Below are positions 1 through 13,140 of a DNA stretch of 64,000 nucleotides, in pieces. The notes under the pieces were generated by a model that saw only the letters and a list, made by a program, of their open reading frames with translations, was not told where the DNA came from and did no database searches. Made by a program: the position numbers and the translations under genes. The number at the start of each line of letters is the position of its first letter. Within the stretch, counting starts at the first letter, position 1. This DNA is from Adineta vaga. Taxonomy: Eukaryota; Animalia; Rotifera. The stretch lies in contig CP075497.1 of assembly GCA_021613535.1 (NCBI GenBank), positions 2,914,001-2,978,000 on the forward strand, written 5' to 3'.

Positions 1-194
1 AAGAAATTAAAATTATGTAGAGATTTGTTTGTTTTCGGAACTATCACTTTGTATTGGAAGAGTTTCGGATTTCGATGGAAGATAAAAATGTATATAAGGT
101 TGATCATCGAATAGATCACCTGTTTCAGGAATATCAGGAAGAATTCTAAAAAGAAGAACAAAAAAAGAAATTCTTTTCAAAAGAAAGATTGAAT

Positions 195-1690
195 TTACAT
201 CTTTTTGATATTATCAATTGTTGTATGAGTAAATAAATCAGTGGAGAGAAGATTATTTTCTGGTAAGGGAATGTATTGTGGACAACCGGGTTTATGCCGA
301 TGTGATGATGATGATGATAATAATGGCATTTCATTATTATTTGAAAACAATGTAGGTTTTGTTTCAAGTGGTAATGCTATTATTTTAGTTGATAAATGCA
401 TACTTTTGGGTATGATTTGTAGATGATGTTTTTTATTGTATTGTCGAGCGATACAACAAAGAATTAGAGAGGTGAGGAATAATACACTACTGAATCCGAT
501 TAGAATAGTTATTAATATATTAATGAAATTCCATTGATCTATCAAAGAATCAATCAATCAACAGGAAAAACTAGAGTTTTATTTTACTAATTCGAGTTAG
601 AATTATTGTCGAAGAATTGTCATCTAAATAAAAAGAAGTTTTATCTCGTTCAGTTTCTTTTTATATTTAAACAATGATTCACGTTTAATATTGATTTTAG
701 TTCGACAAATTCGATGATTGTTTACAAATAGATTTACATTTTTTGAAGGATCTAATGTTATGATGCAAATATATTCTCTATTAAGTTCATTAGAATCAAT
801 TGATTCAATTGTATATTTAATGGAACGTTTCCAATTGAATGAATTTTTGATTTCATCAAAATCTTTTGAGATTATATTTCTATATGAAGAATCCTTTTGC
901 TTAAGATAAAATGATAGATTAATAGTTGGTTGATAATCATTATAAATAACAAATTCATAATCAATTGAACATGAAATATCAATTGATTCATTTGCATGAA
1001 TAGTTATTTCTTTTGTACAATTCACTGTTTATAAATGTCGAGAAAAACAAACAAAATATTCGATGCAAAGGATAAAAATACTTACGTGTTGTTGGTAAAA
1101 GATGAATAAATCGATATATATCATGTAGAATATCATCATCTGGACTAAAACCAGATTCTGCATGTAAAATAATTTCATAATGAAGAAGATTTTCATTATT
1201 ATTATTCTGTAAGATTAATTGACCGGTAGTTTCGTGAATAATACATGAAAAATTTTCATCATGATTGACAATAAATCGATTTTGAATGCGATCGAATCGC
1301 GCAAGTTGTCGATAATTATTTGAAGATATCCGATGGATTAACCATGTCGTATGTTCACGAACTGAAGATTTATTGTTAGAATTTTCAGAGATTAAAGTAT
1401 CAATGAATTTGAAATCAGGTGTATCAATGATAATCTCATGATTAGTTTCATATGTTTTAGTATATCGATTGAAATCTAAGAAAAAAGAAACATATTGAAT
1501 CTTGATTGTAAATCAAGAAAATTTACTTTGAATTGAAGAACTATGTACATCTCGTTTAACAGACTGTGTTTCTTGATTATCAAGTTGAATTGTGTATATA
1601 TTCTAAACAAAGAAAATGATCTTTTCTTTAGACTATATGATGTCTATCTACTTGTGAGATGAATAGGAAAAGTAGTAGGAGAATTTGCAT
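195..1690 (-). CDS. Type I membrane protein with Ig-like ectodomain (multi-exon)
   Basis: Spliced signal peptide MQILLLLFLFISQ|NIYT from ATG 1690; Ig-like Cys pair (ESIDISCSI...NREYICII) in ORF 624-1025; TM ILITILIGFSSVLFLTSLILCCIA followed by basic residues in ORF 195-557. Confidence 0.7.
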
Positions 1691-1771
1691 ACTTCATCAA
1701 ACTATTCGCGCCCTATTCTGATCGTCAATTGATATATTCAGGATCAAATTATCTGTTATTGATACAAAGAT

Positions 1772-3747
1772 ATGAGTGAGAATGAAATTGAAGAAGATAC
1801 TGATTCTGTCGAACAAATAGAAACACAATCGAATACTGAAGAAATGAAAACTTGTCTTCAAATTAGTGCAACTAATCAATTTCCAGATATTGCTTTCAAT
1901 CAATATAAAGTTGCTATTATTGGTATGAATGATTTAGGATCTGCAACAGCTTTTCTACTTCTATCTCGACAAATTATTACTGATATGATTATTATTGATC
2001 AGGATAATACACGATTAGCAGGTTTAATTCATTTGAATCGTTTCTTTTCGAAATCTACACATTATTTCCATTGTTTTTCTTTCAGCTGAATATGCAGATT
2101 TAAGTGCTTGTACAACATTTGTATCTGGTGTTAATATTCAAGCAAGTAGTCAATTAATATCATGTAAAGATGCTCGCATTGTTATTCTCTGTGATATTGA
2201 AAAGGATGAAACTTTCTCCAAGTTGAAAGAAACATCACATACAATTAGTCTTTATGGTAAGAAGAATGTATAATCATTAAATCTCTGCTAATCATGTACG
2301 GAAATTCTAAAAGAGATGAAGTCTTATTCATACGCAGTTAACTAAACATGATTAAAAGTAATCGAAGAAAAAACACCATTTTTATGATTCATTACATTCT
2401 CCACCTGCTCGTTGTTACGATCTTAGAACCATACTTGAAAGTACGTCATAATTTTGAATTATTCATATGTCAAAAGAAAATCATAATTGATTCATACATC
2501 TACCTTCATGTCACGAAACTCACAATATATTAGGAAAGTACTTCTATTCTGAATTTACCATTTCTAATATTTTATTATGATTACGTATGAATGTTGCACT
2601 TCATGATATTTATAGCAAAATGACTAACACATACATTCATATTAATTTGAGTTTTGATGAAAAATATAAATTAGTTACAAATATCTAGATATGACGTTAG
2701 TTTTATGATTGAAGCAATTTTTTTCAGACAGATTTGTTTCATTGATATAAACATCGTATCGTAATTAAATTCCAACTATTATATATTAAACTAATAATAA
2801 AAGTAATTAGATACATCGAAGATCTAAAAGGAAAAATATTCATTTTTTTACTATAAATTAAGGTTTTTAGATCGCAATGATTTCCGTTGTAATATTTTAG
2901 CGAAATTCTCAGCACTTTTTTTTTACTCATTCTCATGTTAGTGCAGATGCTCATGTAGGAGTTCTTCCTGTCATTTCAACCTAATCATTAGTTCTCGAAA
3001 TTGAACACCTGTATGTAATAAATTATCGTAACCGGTCCTTCGAGTATTTATAGAACAAGTACTCAACACGATTTATTTTACGTAATCAACGAAGTTTTCA
3101 AAATTCATTTTAGCACCCGAATGTGTCTTGATTATTGCTATTCAACCCTTCGAAATCATAACTCAAATATGTACTTTAAATAGCAATTTACCATCTTACC
3201 GGATTCTAGCACCAGGAACAATGATCGATTCAGCTCATTTTCGGTTCAAATCACCTTCATATTTGGTTTGTTACGATAAAATCAATCTTTCTTTAGATTA
3301 TTAATTGGTGAAAAATTAGAAATATCACCATCAAATATCACCGGAATAATGATTGGTAGTCATGGACATAATAATCTTCCATTATGGAATTCTGTAACTA
3401 TCGGTGGTATTCATTTACTTTCAGAGAATTCAACAATAGGAACAACATCTGATCAAGAAAATTGGCATCAACTTCACTCGAATGTTAATCAACGACAAGA
3501 AGAAATTCGAAAGATTAAAGGAAATGAAATTTGGTCAATTGCAATGGTATCAAGTGAACTTGTCGAATGTATTCTTCGTAATAAATGTGAAATTCATCCA
3601 GTTACTGTTAATATTAAAGGTTATTATAATGTTAAAACAGATCTTTTTCTTTCAATTCCAGCAATTATTGGTCAAAATGGTATATCTCATTTAATAACGA
3701 ACAGTTGCAATGAAAATGACGTTTCAAAACTACTTCAATCTGTATAA
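1772..3747 (+). CDS. Lactate/malate dehydrogenase-fold protein with degenerate active site (4 exons: 1772-2021, 2086-2256, 3114-3243, 3297-3747)
   Basis: KVAIIG...LG...IIID Rossmann start, GTMIDSAHFR, IGSHG...PLWNSVTIGG and FLSIPAIIGQNGI match the LDH family; the exons join in frame at GT-AG sites. Confidence 0.85.
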
Positions 3748-4531
3748 CTTACTTACATCATTTTTTTTTCTCTTATTCTCTCAAAAACATTTATGATGAC
3801 GTCTTGAGAGGTGAATATATATATGTTAGACATATTAATTCTTTTGTCAACGAAAAAACACGTACATGCCATTGAAGAGTTTGAATAATGATTGAATATG
3901 TTTAAATTCAAAAAGATTCTGACGTCAACGATTTTCTTGTCAATTTCAATGAGAGATTTTCGTCATATTCTTTATGTTTATCAAATAAAAGTGATCGATA
4001 ATTATTTTTAGTCATTACATCTTCTACTACATATTTATATATATATATATATATACAGTACATGTTTTTATTGATAAAATACGATGTAAATGAGGGGTGG
4101 GTGGTCTCTTTTTTTTTCGTCAATTCTTTTTTATTGAGTATATTGGTAATTGGAATAATTTGTACAAGCATCACTGAACAAAAGCGACGAATTCTGTTTA
4201 TTTATCTGACGCGTTTCTTTTTTTTTCTCTCTTTTTGTTTCTCTCATTCCGCTCTTTTCTCTCTCTTCTTTTTCTCGTAAAAAATGTATAATCGGTTCTA
4301 TTTCATTTCTATGAGTAATGTTATGAGATGTTGAGTTTTTTAATGCTATGCCGATGTTTCGCAATTTTTATGCTTTTTTTTCGTTCGTTTCGTAGTGCGT
4401 AGGAAGGAATTCTATTTACTCGTTGTCAGGTGTACAAAATACATACATATAGTTTCTCTCATAGATTGACTTTGAATCGACACTTTCATTTCAAGTATTT
4501 TTTCAACCGAAATCCAACAACAACATACAAC

Positions 4532-5128
4532 ATGACGAAATTTTCCCTCCTATCAACGAATGTCAACATCCTACTAATTGTATTTGTTCTTGTGTCAATA
4601 ATGAACTTCTCCTGTGCATCTTCGGATAATCTTGCTATGCGAGAAATGTCCTCTGATGATAACAATGATGACGATGTACAAGAAGAACGTCGAAATTATG
4701 ATTTCAATCAATTACGTCATTTTCTTCTAACAGCAAATGCTGAACGACGTGCAGCCAAACGCGAACAACAAGAATTTTACAAACGAGAATTAGTAAATAG
4801 ATAATTAATTTCCATTAAAGATCATATTCATCATTTCATCTATTTTAGGTTCGAGAATATCTTCGATCATTTACCGATCCTAATCCAGATCGACTTCAAG
4901 AAGTTAAAAGTAAGTTGAATACTCTCTTATCTTCTTCTCATTTATATTGAAATTCTCCTCCATTCTCATATATATTTAAATCATCCTCTCAGATTGCACG
5001 ATTTGCATGTTTTACTAACTCACTAATATCATACCTGCACGCTTTCTGATTTAGAACGCTTCACCTATTGTAGTGTTCAAGATATTTTTCAAGGAACTCT
5101 TTGTCGTCGGCGTTCAATTGAAAAATAA
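4532..5128 (+). CDS. Secreted neuropeptide-like precursor (exons 4532-4792, 4849-4909, 5055-5128)
   Basis: Signal peptide, acidic spacer, several RR/KR dibasic sites, C-terminal KR-FTYCSVQDIFQGTLC-RRR. Confidence 0.7.
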
Positions 5129-6313
5129 TCTCTAATCTGGTTTTATTGACGAAGTCAACATCAAAACAATCTTTGCTTTAAAATACTGCTTGTTGTTGCA
5201 TCTGTATTCTATCTTGCATGATGAAATGTATGGCTTTAAACTAATAAAAAGAAAACAAGATTCTTAATTTAATATGAATGATATGTTTTTCTTTCTTCTA
5301 TTTTTATCAGATATGATTTGACTTTGCTTACCTTTTTATATACACCTATCACTTGCAAGAATATTAAAAAAAACAGAACTCATGCATTTGTCAATAACTA
5401 ATTGCTGATTGTTATCAACATGCTATTAAAAAACTCCAAAGCAAGAAATTGCTTCATCGTTCTAGTATTTAGTTGATTTAACAATACTAATCAATATAAC
5501 ATCTGTAAATGTATATTATTCTAGAACGTTTCAAGACCTACTGTAATTCTTATGAAGATTTGATGAATTCCAATTGGGCTGCATGCGGTTAAAATCGCAT
5601 TTGTACCAACAACATCATCATCATCATCATCATCATCATTACTACGCATTTATAACCTTATATTACCGGTTCCTTTATATTATTATTTGTCTTTTTGATT
5701 ACCTCTATTTCCTCGTATTTTTTCTTCTTAATCTTTTTCGTTTGTTTTTGCTTCTTTGCCCTTAAAATAACCGATGGTATATACTTATCACTTTTAACAT
5801 ATTTTTATTACTAATAACTAACGATAAATTTTCAAAGGAACGGGAATATTTAATAATAAACCATTCTTTTACTAACACCATCGTATTGACACTTGTCTTT
5901 ATTGCAATAGCTTTCTCAGACAGGTGTTGTTTTTTTATCCATGCAATATTATTAACTTAACTGTGTATTAGTTTCTCTTCTCTGTCACATATCTCAAAAT
6001 ATTATGACGAGTGTGATTTTCATTAATGGAAAGGAGAATGAGAATCTCAAATATTTCTTCAATTTATTTCATAATACTTTGATTTGTTCTTCTTCTTATT
6101 CTTATTCGTCTTCTTCTTCTCCTTGCAGAACGATTTTGTGCAAGTTTCGATGAATTTTATGCGACGCAAGCTGCATGTCTTGGCTGAAAGAACCGCTATT
6201 CACTTGATCCTTTTTTTTTCGTTGTTAAAAATGTTCTTTTTTATTTCATTTGAAAGAAAAATAATTATTGTAATCTACTCTGATTAATTAAGAAAATGAT
6301 TTTTTTATCAATA

Positions 6314-9163
6314 CTAAAAACGAGTTGTTGACACATCAGAAAGTCTTTTTATATATAATTTCGGACTTGCTGGCATAATTTCAATCGCTGCGGAATCCAA
6401 ATCAAATGTATCGCCAGTATCAATTGTCGATAAGGTTTGCATACTTAATTTCTTCGGATCAATACTATTCGAATATCGAACAGATAATTGACGATGTTCA
6501 TGACGCGCTGGACCCCATTCAATATGAGGCAAACGAGCTTCCTTTATAATCTAAAGAAAACAAAACAAATTTTCAAATGAGAGATTATTCGAATTAATCA
6601 TTTCATACACTCCATGTTCCACGTCGACAGATTTCAACGATAAAAATATATGGTAACCAACCAAGACACATGATAACAACGACCCAGCCAAGTGTAAGTG
6701 CCCATGAGGGATATGTATAATCATCAAGTGTTACTTCTTGATAGAATAAAGATGAAAAAAGAATTGTAAACTGTAAAGATAAATAAACATAAACATATGT
6801 AAGAAGAATTTCACGTCTGATTAAATAGAAGAAAAAAAAAGAAAGAAAAGAAATTCGATAATTACAATCAGAATCAATGGAGAAATGTATTTCCAACAGA
6901 TTTGCCAGAATTTATTTGGACGTCGTTCTTCACCTAACATGATGGCAATATCATCACAAAAATTATCCACGCCTATAAGTCAACTAATAGCAATTCGACA
7001 ATGTCTGTCTTCTTTTGTTGCTCTTACCATAAACCCACGCAATACAAAATAATTCAACGACACCAATTATTAACCAAGGAAATCCACCAAGATACTGATC
7101 AACAATATTCAATACATATAAACCACCCTAATCACAAAACAAACATATAGACACGAATTTTTTCGTCATTTTTTCTAAATTATCAAAACATACTCGAGTA
7201 ACCATAGTTAATCCAAGTAGAAAAAATAGAACGCATATACCAAATCGAAAGAGAATTATTTTCTTTGGCGTATTTAAATAGGTTTTAAATTCATCAATAA
7301 TACTAGCCATGACAGTTTCCATAATTGAAAACTAGAAAAAGCAAAAGTGTGTCAAAACGAATTAAGTAAATATATCTTTAACTAACTTCCGAACCAAAAC
7401 CCAGAGTACACATCATTAAAAAGAAGAGAACGCACCATAATGGTGCAAATGGCATCATAGATAAACCTTCAGGAAAGACAACAAATGCCAAACCAGGACC
7501 TTAAAAATAATCGAAATAACACGAACCAAATCTAGTGATTCTAACCTCCTTTGGCCACATCAGCAACACTCACGCCCATTTTAGTTGCCATATGACCTTG
7601 AAATTATCAAAATCAACACTTTATTTTTTTTTGCTTCTTCAATCGCTCACATACCTAAGACAGTAAATATTGCAAATCCACCAAATATGCTCGTAAACCA
7701 TGTCACCAAACAGATTGACAACGTATCACTTTACAGGAAAAAAGATACGATACATATTGTAAAACATGTATATATTTCGAAAAAGAAAACAATTCTCCTA
7801 CCGATATACATTATTATTAAAATCATTGAATGAGGCCATTGCAATCAATCCTCCACTACAACAACTTAACGCATAGAATACTTGTGTACATGCTTCTTTC
7901 CATACCTAAATTATTCCCAAAAGAAATTTCGTTTTTTTTCCTTCTGCAGAATATTTTCAAAAACTCACAGTTGGATTTTTTAATGCGCCAAAATCCACAC
8001 TACCGATATAGAATTTGATACCTTCAACAGCACCACTTAATGTTACTCCACGAATAATTAAAACAGTTAACATTACATAAGGAAATAGAGCAGTAAAATA
8101 TGCAATCTATTTTCAACAGAGGAAAAAACGACATGTTTATCGAAACAAATTCTTTTCGTTACTTTGCCTAGAGATTGAACACCTTTTGACAATGCCAAAA
8201 AACAAATGAGCCAAGCAACAGCTAATGCAATAGCTAAATGAGTAACAATACCATCAACATTTTCTACTCCACTACTGATCTGCAGGACTCGTCGACTAAA
8301 ATAACAGATAAATATTCATTAAAAAAGAACATAAAAGAAAAAGAACTCTCTCACTAAAAATATTCTTCACTTGGTGAACTTGTCATATCTAGAAAGTAAA
8401 AACTCATCATTTAAAATAATCTTTACAAAGAAACTAAAACTAATTTACTTCTCATAAAAGCAAGATCACTTCGAGATATATTTGCTAACATTTTTTGATC
8501 AGTACATAATGCTGTATTCCACCAATTTCCGCATGTTGACCATGGAACAATCAATTGAAAAGAAGCCATTAAAAAATAAAAACAATAAGCAATCAAAACA
8601 TTATAATAGAGAGCTAAGAAACAATTCGTTGCTAATGATGCATAGCCAATACCTAGAAGAAAAACATATTTTCAATCAAAACCTTTTTGTCCATTAACAA
8701 AATGATCTACCTCGTAGTAATGGATTGACTTTCCATACTACAAGTGGACCAGCACTAGTAAATTGTCCTAAAGTTAATTCAAGATAAAATACAGGTGCAC
8801 CAATAAAGATAAGCATTATTGTATATGGAATAAGAAATGCACCTACAAAATTATATATATACATATAGTTTGTCGATGATCAGAATGAAAACTTAGTTTA
8901 TTCTTATATTTACCTCCGCCATTTTTAAAACAAAGATATGGAAATCGCCAAACATTTCCTAGGCCAACAGCTAAAGTATCAAAATTGAATTTTATTTATA
9001 TCGACTATATTCGTCTCTACTAACCAAATGCGACTAATGTTAGAAAGAATTCAATTGGATTCGACCATTGTTTACGCTATAGATATTATTAATAGATAAT
9101 CTATCAAAAAAAAACCCAAATTTATCGACAAACCTCTGGAGGTGTTATTTCACTTGTACTCAT
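6314..9163 (-). CDS. SLC6: SLC6 sodium:neurotransmitter symporter (glycine/proline/amino-acid transporter-like), many exons
   Basis: [10 protein letters not shown]...[26 protein letters not shown]...[17 protein letters not shown] and [11 protein letters not shown] family motifs across spliced exons. Confidence 0.95.
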
Positions 9164-9715
9164 CAGTTGTCTTTTATGCAATTGAAAAGAAGATTTATAA
9201 TATTTCTCACCATATATTTATGTACGATTATTATTATAAGATAAAAAAAATGCACTAGACATGATTTTTCAAACCCGACAAATGTCAAGGAAAGAATCTT
9301 TATATTAAAGATGTTATAATTATCATCGGTGCTCGAAGTATTGATGTATCGATATATACATATAATCTATTAAAATGGCAACAATCAAATGAATAGAATT
9401 TGATAATTCGAATGATAAACATTGAGAAAAAGAACATGTAAAAAAATAGGTTATTAGAGATAATCTAAGGTCATCATAGACTCCCGCAAAATCATTTCTA
9501 TTTTTGTCAATAGATGCCAGATGAATATGGTTCAAATGTAATACAGAAACACTTATAAATCATTAAATTAAATTCAACTTTTAAATTAAAATGAATTTTT
9601 TAATTCATTGAACTTTACAAACAATTCTTTTGTAATTAATTACTTACAATAAAATTCACCAATGATTTTTATTCGTTAATAATCAATAATCAGTTGAATC
9701 TTTTATTTAAACACG

Positions 9716-11906
9716 ATGTATCCACCGATAAAACGTCTTCGTACTGATGAAAATCAAGATGAAGTCAATGCTGGACCAGGAACAACTGCGTTATCAACTA
9801 TGGCGGATGATTTTGAAATGACTGATGATGAATTATTATTTTCTGCAACACAAGTTGAACAACAACACAATTATGATTATCAACCAGTCAGTCAAAATCC
9901 TTCTCGAGTACTTTCTCAAGCACCTGTATTTTCTACTCAATCCGTTCTTCAACCATTAGCATCGGAAGGCAATCGAACACCAATTGTAAATAGAGAAATG
10001 GAACTTGAAAGGAAACTATTAATGAAAGAAGGTCAAATAATTATCTTAGAAAAGAATAATCGTTTATTAACGGAAAAAAATGCTCGATTGTAAGTTATTT
10101 TAAATCGATGAATTCATTTGAAATTTTCATTTCTTTATTTTAGGACACGAGAAAAATGTCTTTTGAAAACGGAACAAGATGAAGCAGCAAGTGCTCGTGA
10201 ACAACGTATTAAAATTCAACTAGATACATGTAAATCTCAATTGACATTTAATGAACGTGAACGTAGCGAATTACAAACACGTTATCATACACTCGAAACA
10301 CGTTTTCATGAAAGTCAAGAAACAAGTAATCGTCTTCTTCGTGAAGTTACTCGTCTACGTACAGACAAACCACCAATAAATTCTCCTCAACAACAACAAC
10401 AACAACAACTATCGATTTCCTCATCAAATCATTCACGTCTTCTTCAAACTCAATTACCATTATTTTCAGCCTATGAATTATTACGTACACGAACAATTGA
10501 TTCTTCAACAATGCCTATATCAAGTTTACAAGTTATACTCGAACGAATTCGACCACAATCAATCACACAGCATATTTGGCAAACATTAGTTGATGTGATC
10601 TTTTTTCGTCAACAAAATTCTACATTAATCAAATTAAAACAACAAGATTTAACAATCGCAATCGATTTAATCACAATGACAGCATTTTATCAAATGATTT
10701 CTAATATTTTACAATTATTTCATAATCAAAAAAATCGTTTAACAACAAATAATAATGATCAACAACAAGAACAACAAATATTAACAACAGAGAATATAAT
10801 GTTAATCTTAGATGCTTGTTCACATTTTCTTTTAAATACAGTCAAATCAACTGAGTCTTTGAGTAAACAAGAAAATACATCAACAATCAAAAAACAACAA
10901 GTACATTTCTCAACAGAAAAACTCTCTTCTCATTGGATTTGTTTTTCAGGAACCCGAACCGATGGATGATGGTTCATCACAACGTTCGACAACTGATTGT
11001 AGTCAAATTCCCTGTCCACTACCAGCTGATCATCATACAGCATATTATACTGCTAAAGGTCAATGTTTAACCATGTTAAAATATTTCCTATCACATTCCA
11101 TAGTAAATAAATATTCCTATTCATTATTCAATCGTATTCTAACACTTTATACATTTCATTTTAAAACTCGACCACCACATGAATCAGAACGACGCAAAGC
11201 TTTTTGTTCATTTCTTGTATCTATTCTTGATCAAGATCAACATATGAATCCATATCAATATTTAACAGATATTATTTTATCAATACTTGATGCATCACCT
11301 GATCAACCCGATTGGTTATGTTCAGTATCGATGAATGATGATCGATCTTCACAACGTTGTCTTTGTACAATACTTATTACACATCTTGATTCATTAATTT
11401 ATCTCGATAAAAATGAAAATTTCAATGAATATATGAAATTTCTTTGGGCAATTTATCGTTTGCAATTATTCATATTTGATAAGGAGAATTTCCATAAAAT
11501 GGAACTTGATAATGGTCAATGTCCAGGTTTATGTTGGTTAACATTATTCATTTCATTTGGCCAATGTTTATCACGTTTTCTATTTCATATTATAAAACCA
11601 ACAATAAAAAAGCAAATCTTTCAATTATCAATTAAATTTGTTAAGATTTTAATACTTTTTTCATTACAATTACAACCAACGACATGTCTACCGCAACAAG
11701 CGAAAGAATTACAACTTTATACTAATCCATCATTATGGCATCTCTATGAACTTATGTTATTATATCATCATCAAGAACAGCAACAACAACAACAACAGAC
11801 AAATCATGAATCAATTAGTATTATTAATCAACAAGTACTCGATGATCAACTCTGTGTTTTTGGTTATATACATGATGTATTAGAAGCTGGAAATGAAATG
11901 AGATAA
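9716..11906 (+). CDS. ATRIP: ATR-interacting protein-like (3 exons)
   Basis: N-terminal PPIKRLR, acidic DDFEMTDDELLFSATQ segment, then coiled coil LLMKEGQIIIL...LDTCKSQLTFNERERSEL resembling the vertebrate ATRIP coiled coil as I recall it; helical C-terminus. Confidence 0.7.
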
Positions 11907-12147
11907 CTAAAAACTATCATATCAATTTTTTGTCGCTTATTTGTGTAATAAACATTTATCTTGAAACAAAAATCATGTGAGTAGATTTCTGATTTATCTA
12001 TTCAAATATCGATAAAATCATTGCAGATTTATTCATTATTTTATACAATTAAATAAACATCTTATTATATAAATACATTCTAGAATTACTGTTCATTTTT
12101 CATATTTGATTGTCGATTGCTTTTCCTTGAAGGATGATAATAATAAA

Positions 12148-13140
12148 CTATTGATTGAGGATATGCATTAGAACTTGACGAATATAGATCAATGATGTCT
12201 AAAAATAGAGTAAATGATAATTTGAAAGATATTCAATTGAATAAATAAAAACATACCTCTAATAAAGCAGATTTATCTTGTTCAAAATTAAAAATTTCTT
12301 TTGGAATTAGTTCTCCACATTGTAAAAGTTCACTGGCCATTAATAAACAACAAATACCCAATGGCACATCAGATAAATCCACACAACGAACATCTAAAGA
12401 TTAGAAACTATAGATTAGCATTGTTATACTCAAGAAAAAAAACGTTTCGTACCAGTTAGACATAATACAATCAATTCATAAGTTAATTCTCGAAGATGTT
12501 GTTTCACTGAATAATCCAGAACATGTAAGAGAATTGTTTCGATATGATTAATCGGTGTAGTTAGATCAATATCCCAATCAAGTGCATTGCATATGACATT
12601 TTCATTTGACTAAATAAAACAGAAATTTCAACATAGAGAAAAGGAAAAAGATGAAAATTCTTACGATTAATAATTCGTCTTGAAATGCTCGTATACTTGA
12701 ATGATTAGAATGTTGACTTAATTTAGTTGATAATGATAAACAAGCAAGAAGAATTGATTCGGTAATATCAGATGTACATGTCAAAAGAAGATATTGATGA
12801 AGAATAGCATTTGCTCGAATGTAAACTTCATTATGTAAATGATATTCTTGTGATAACTAATAAGAAAACAAACAAAAAATATATTGAAAGAAAAAGAATT
12901 ATTATTGTTGATTATTACTTTCAATAATTGGAATGATTGTTGAATTTTAACGGTAGAAGAAAGATTCGATGATGGTCGATGCTGTTGAGCAAATGTTTGA
13001 AGAGTAAAATTTGTTTCTTTTATTGATGAACAAGAATGTAATGGAGCAGCTTTAACAACAATATCATAATCATTGTCTTCGTAGTCAAAATCACTACTTG
13101 AATAATAATCCGAAGTACATGAGAGTGGTGTTGATATCAT
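12148..13140 (-). CDS. Divergent cyclin-fold protein (5 exons)
   Basis: Spliced product has EYHLHNEVYIRANAILHQYL, LLACLSLSTKL and ENVICNALDWDIDLTTP, matching the cyclin-box helix pattern; TATA-like run at about 13175-13188. Confidence 0.75.

Noticed and set aside
4993-5018. Alternative last exon for the neuropeptide (NCTICMFY*)
   Set aside because: An AG acceptor is present, but nothing else supports it and it lacks flanking cleavage sites.
5574-5640. Small hairpin followed by (CAT)n and a poly-His ORF
   Set aside because: A short stem plus microsatellite, with no recognisable RNA family and no ATG-started gene.
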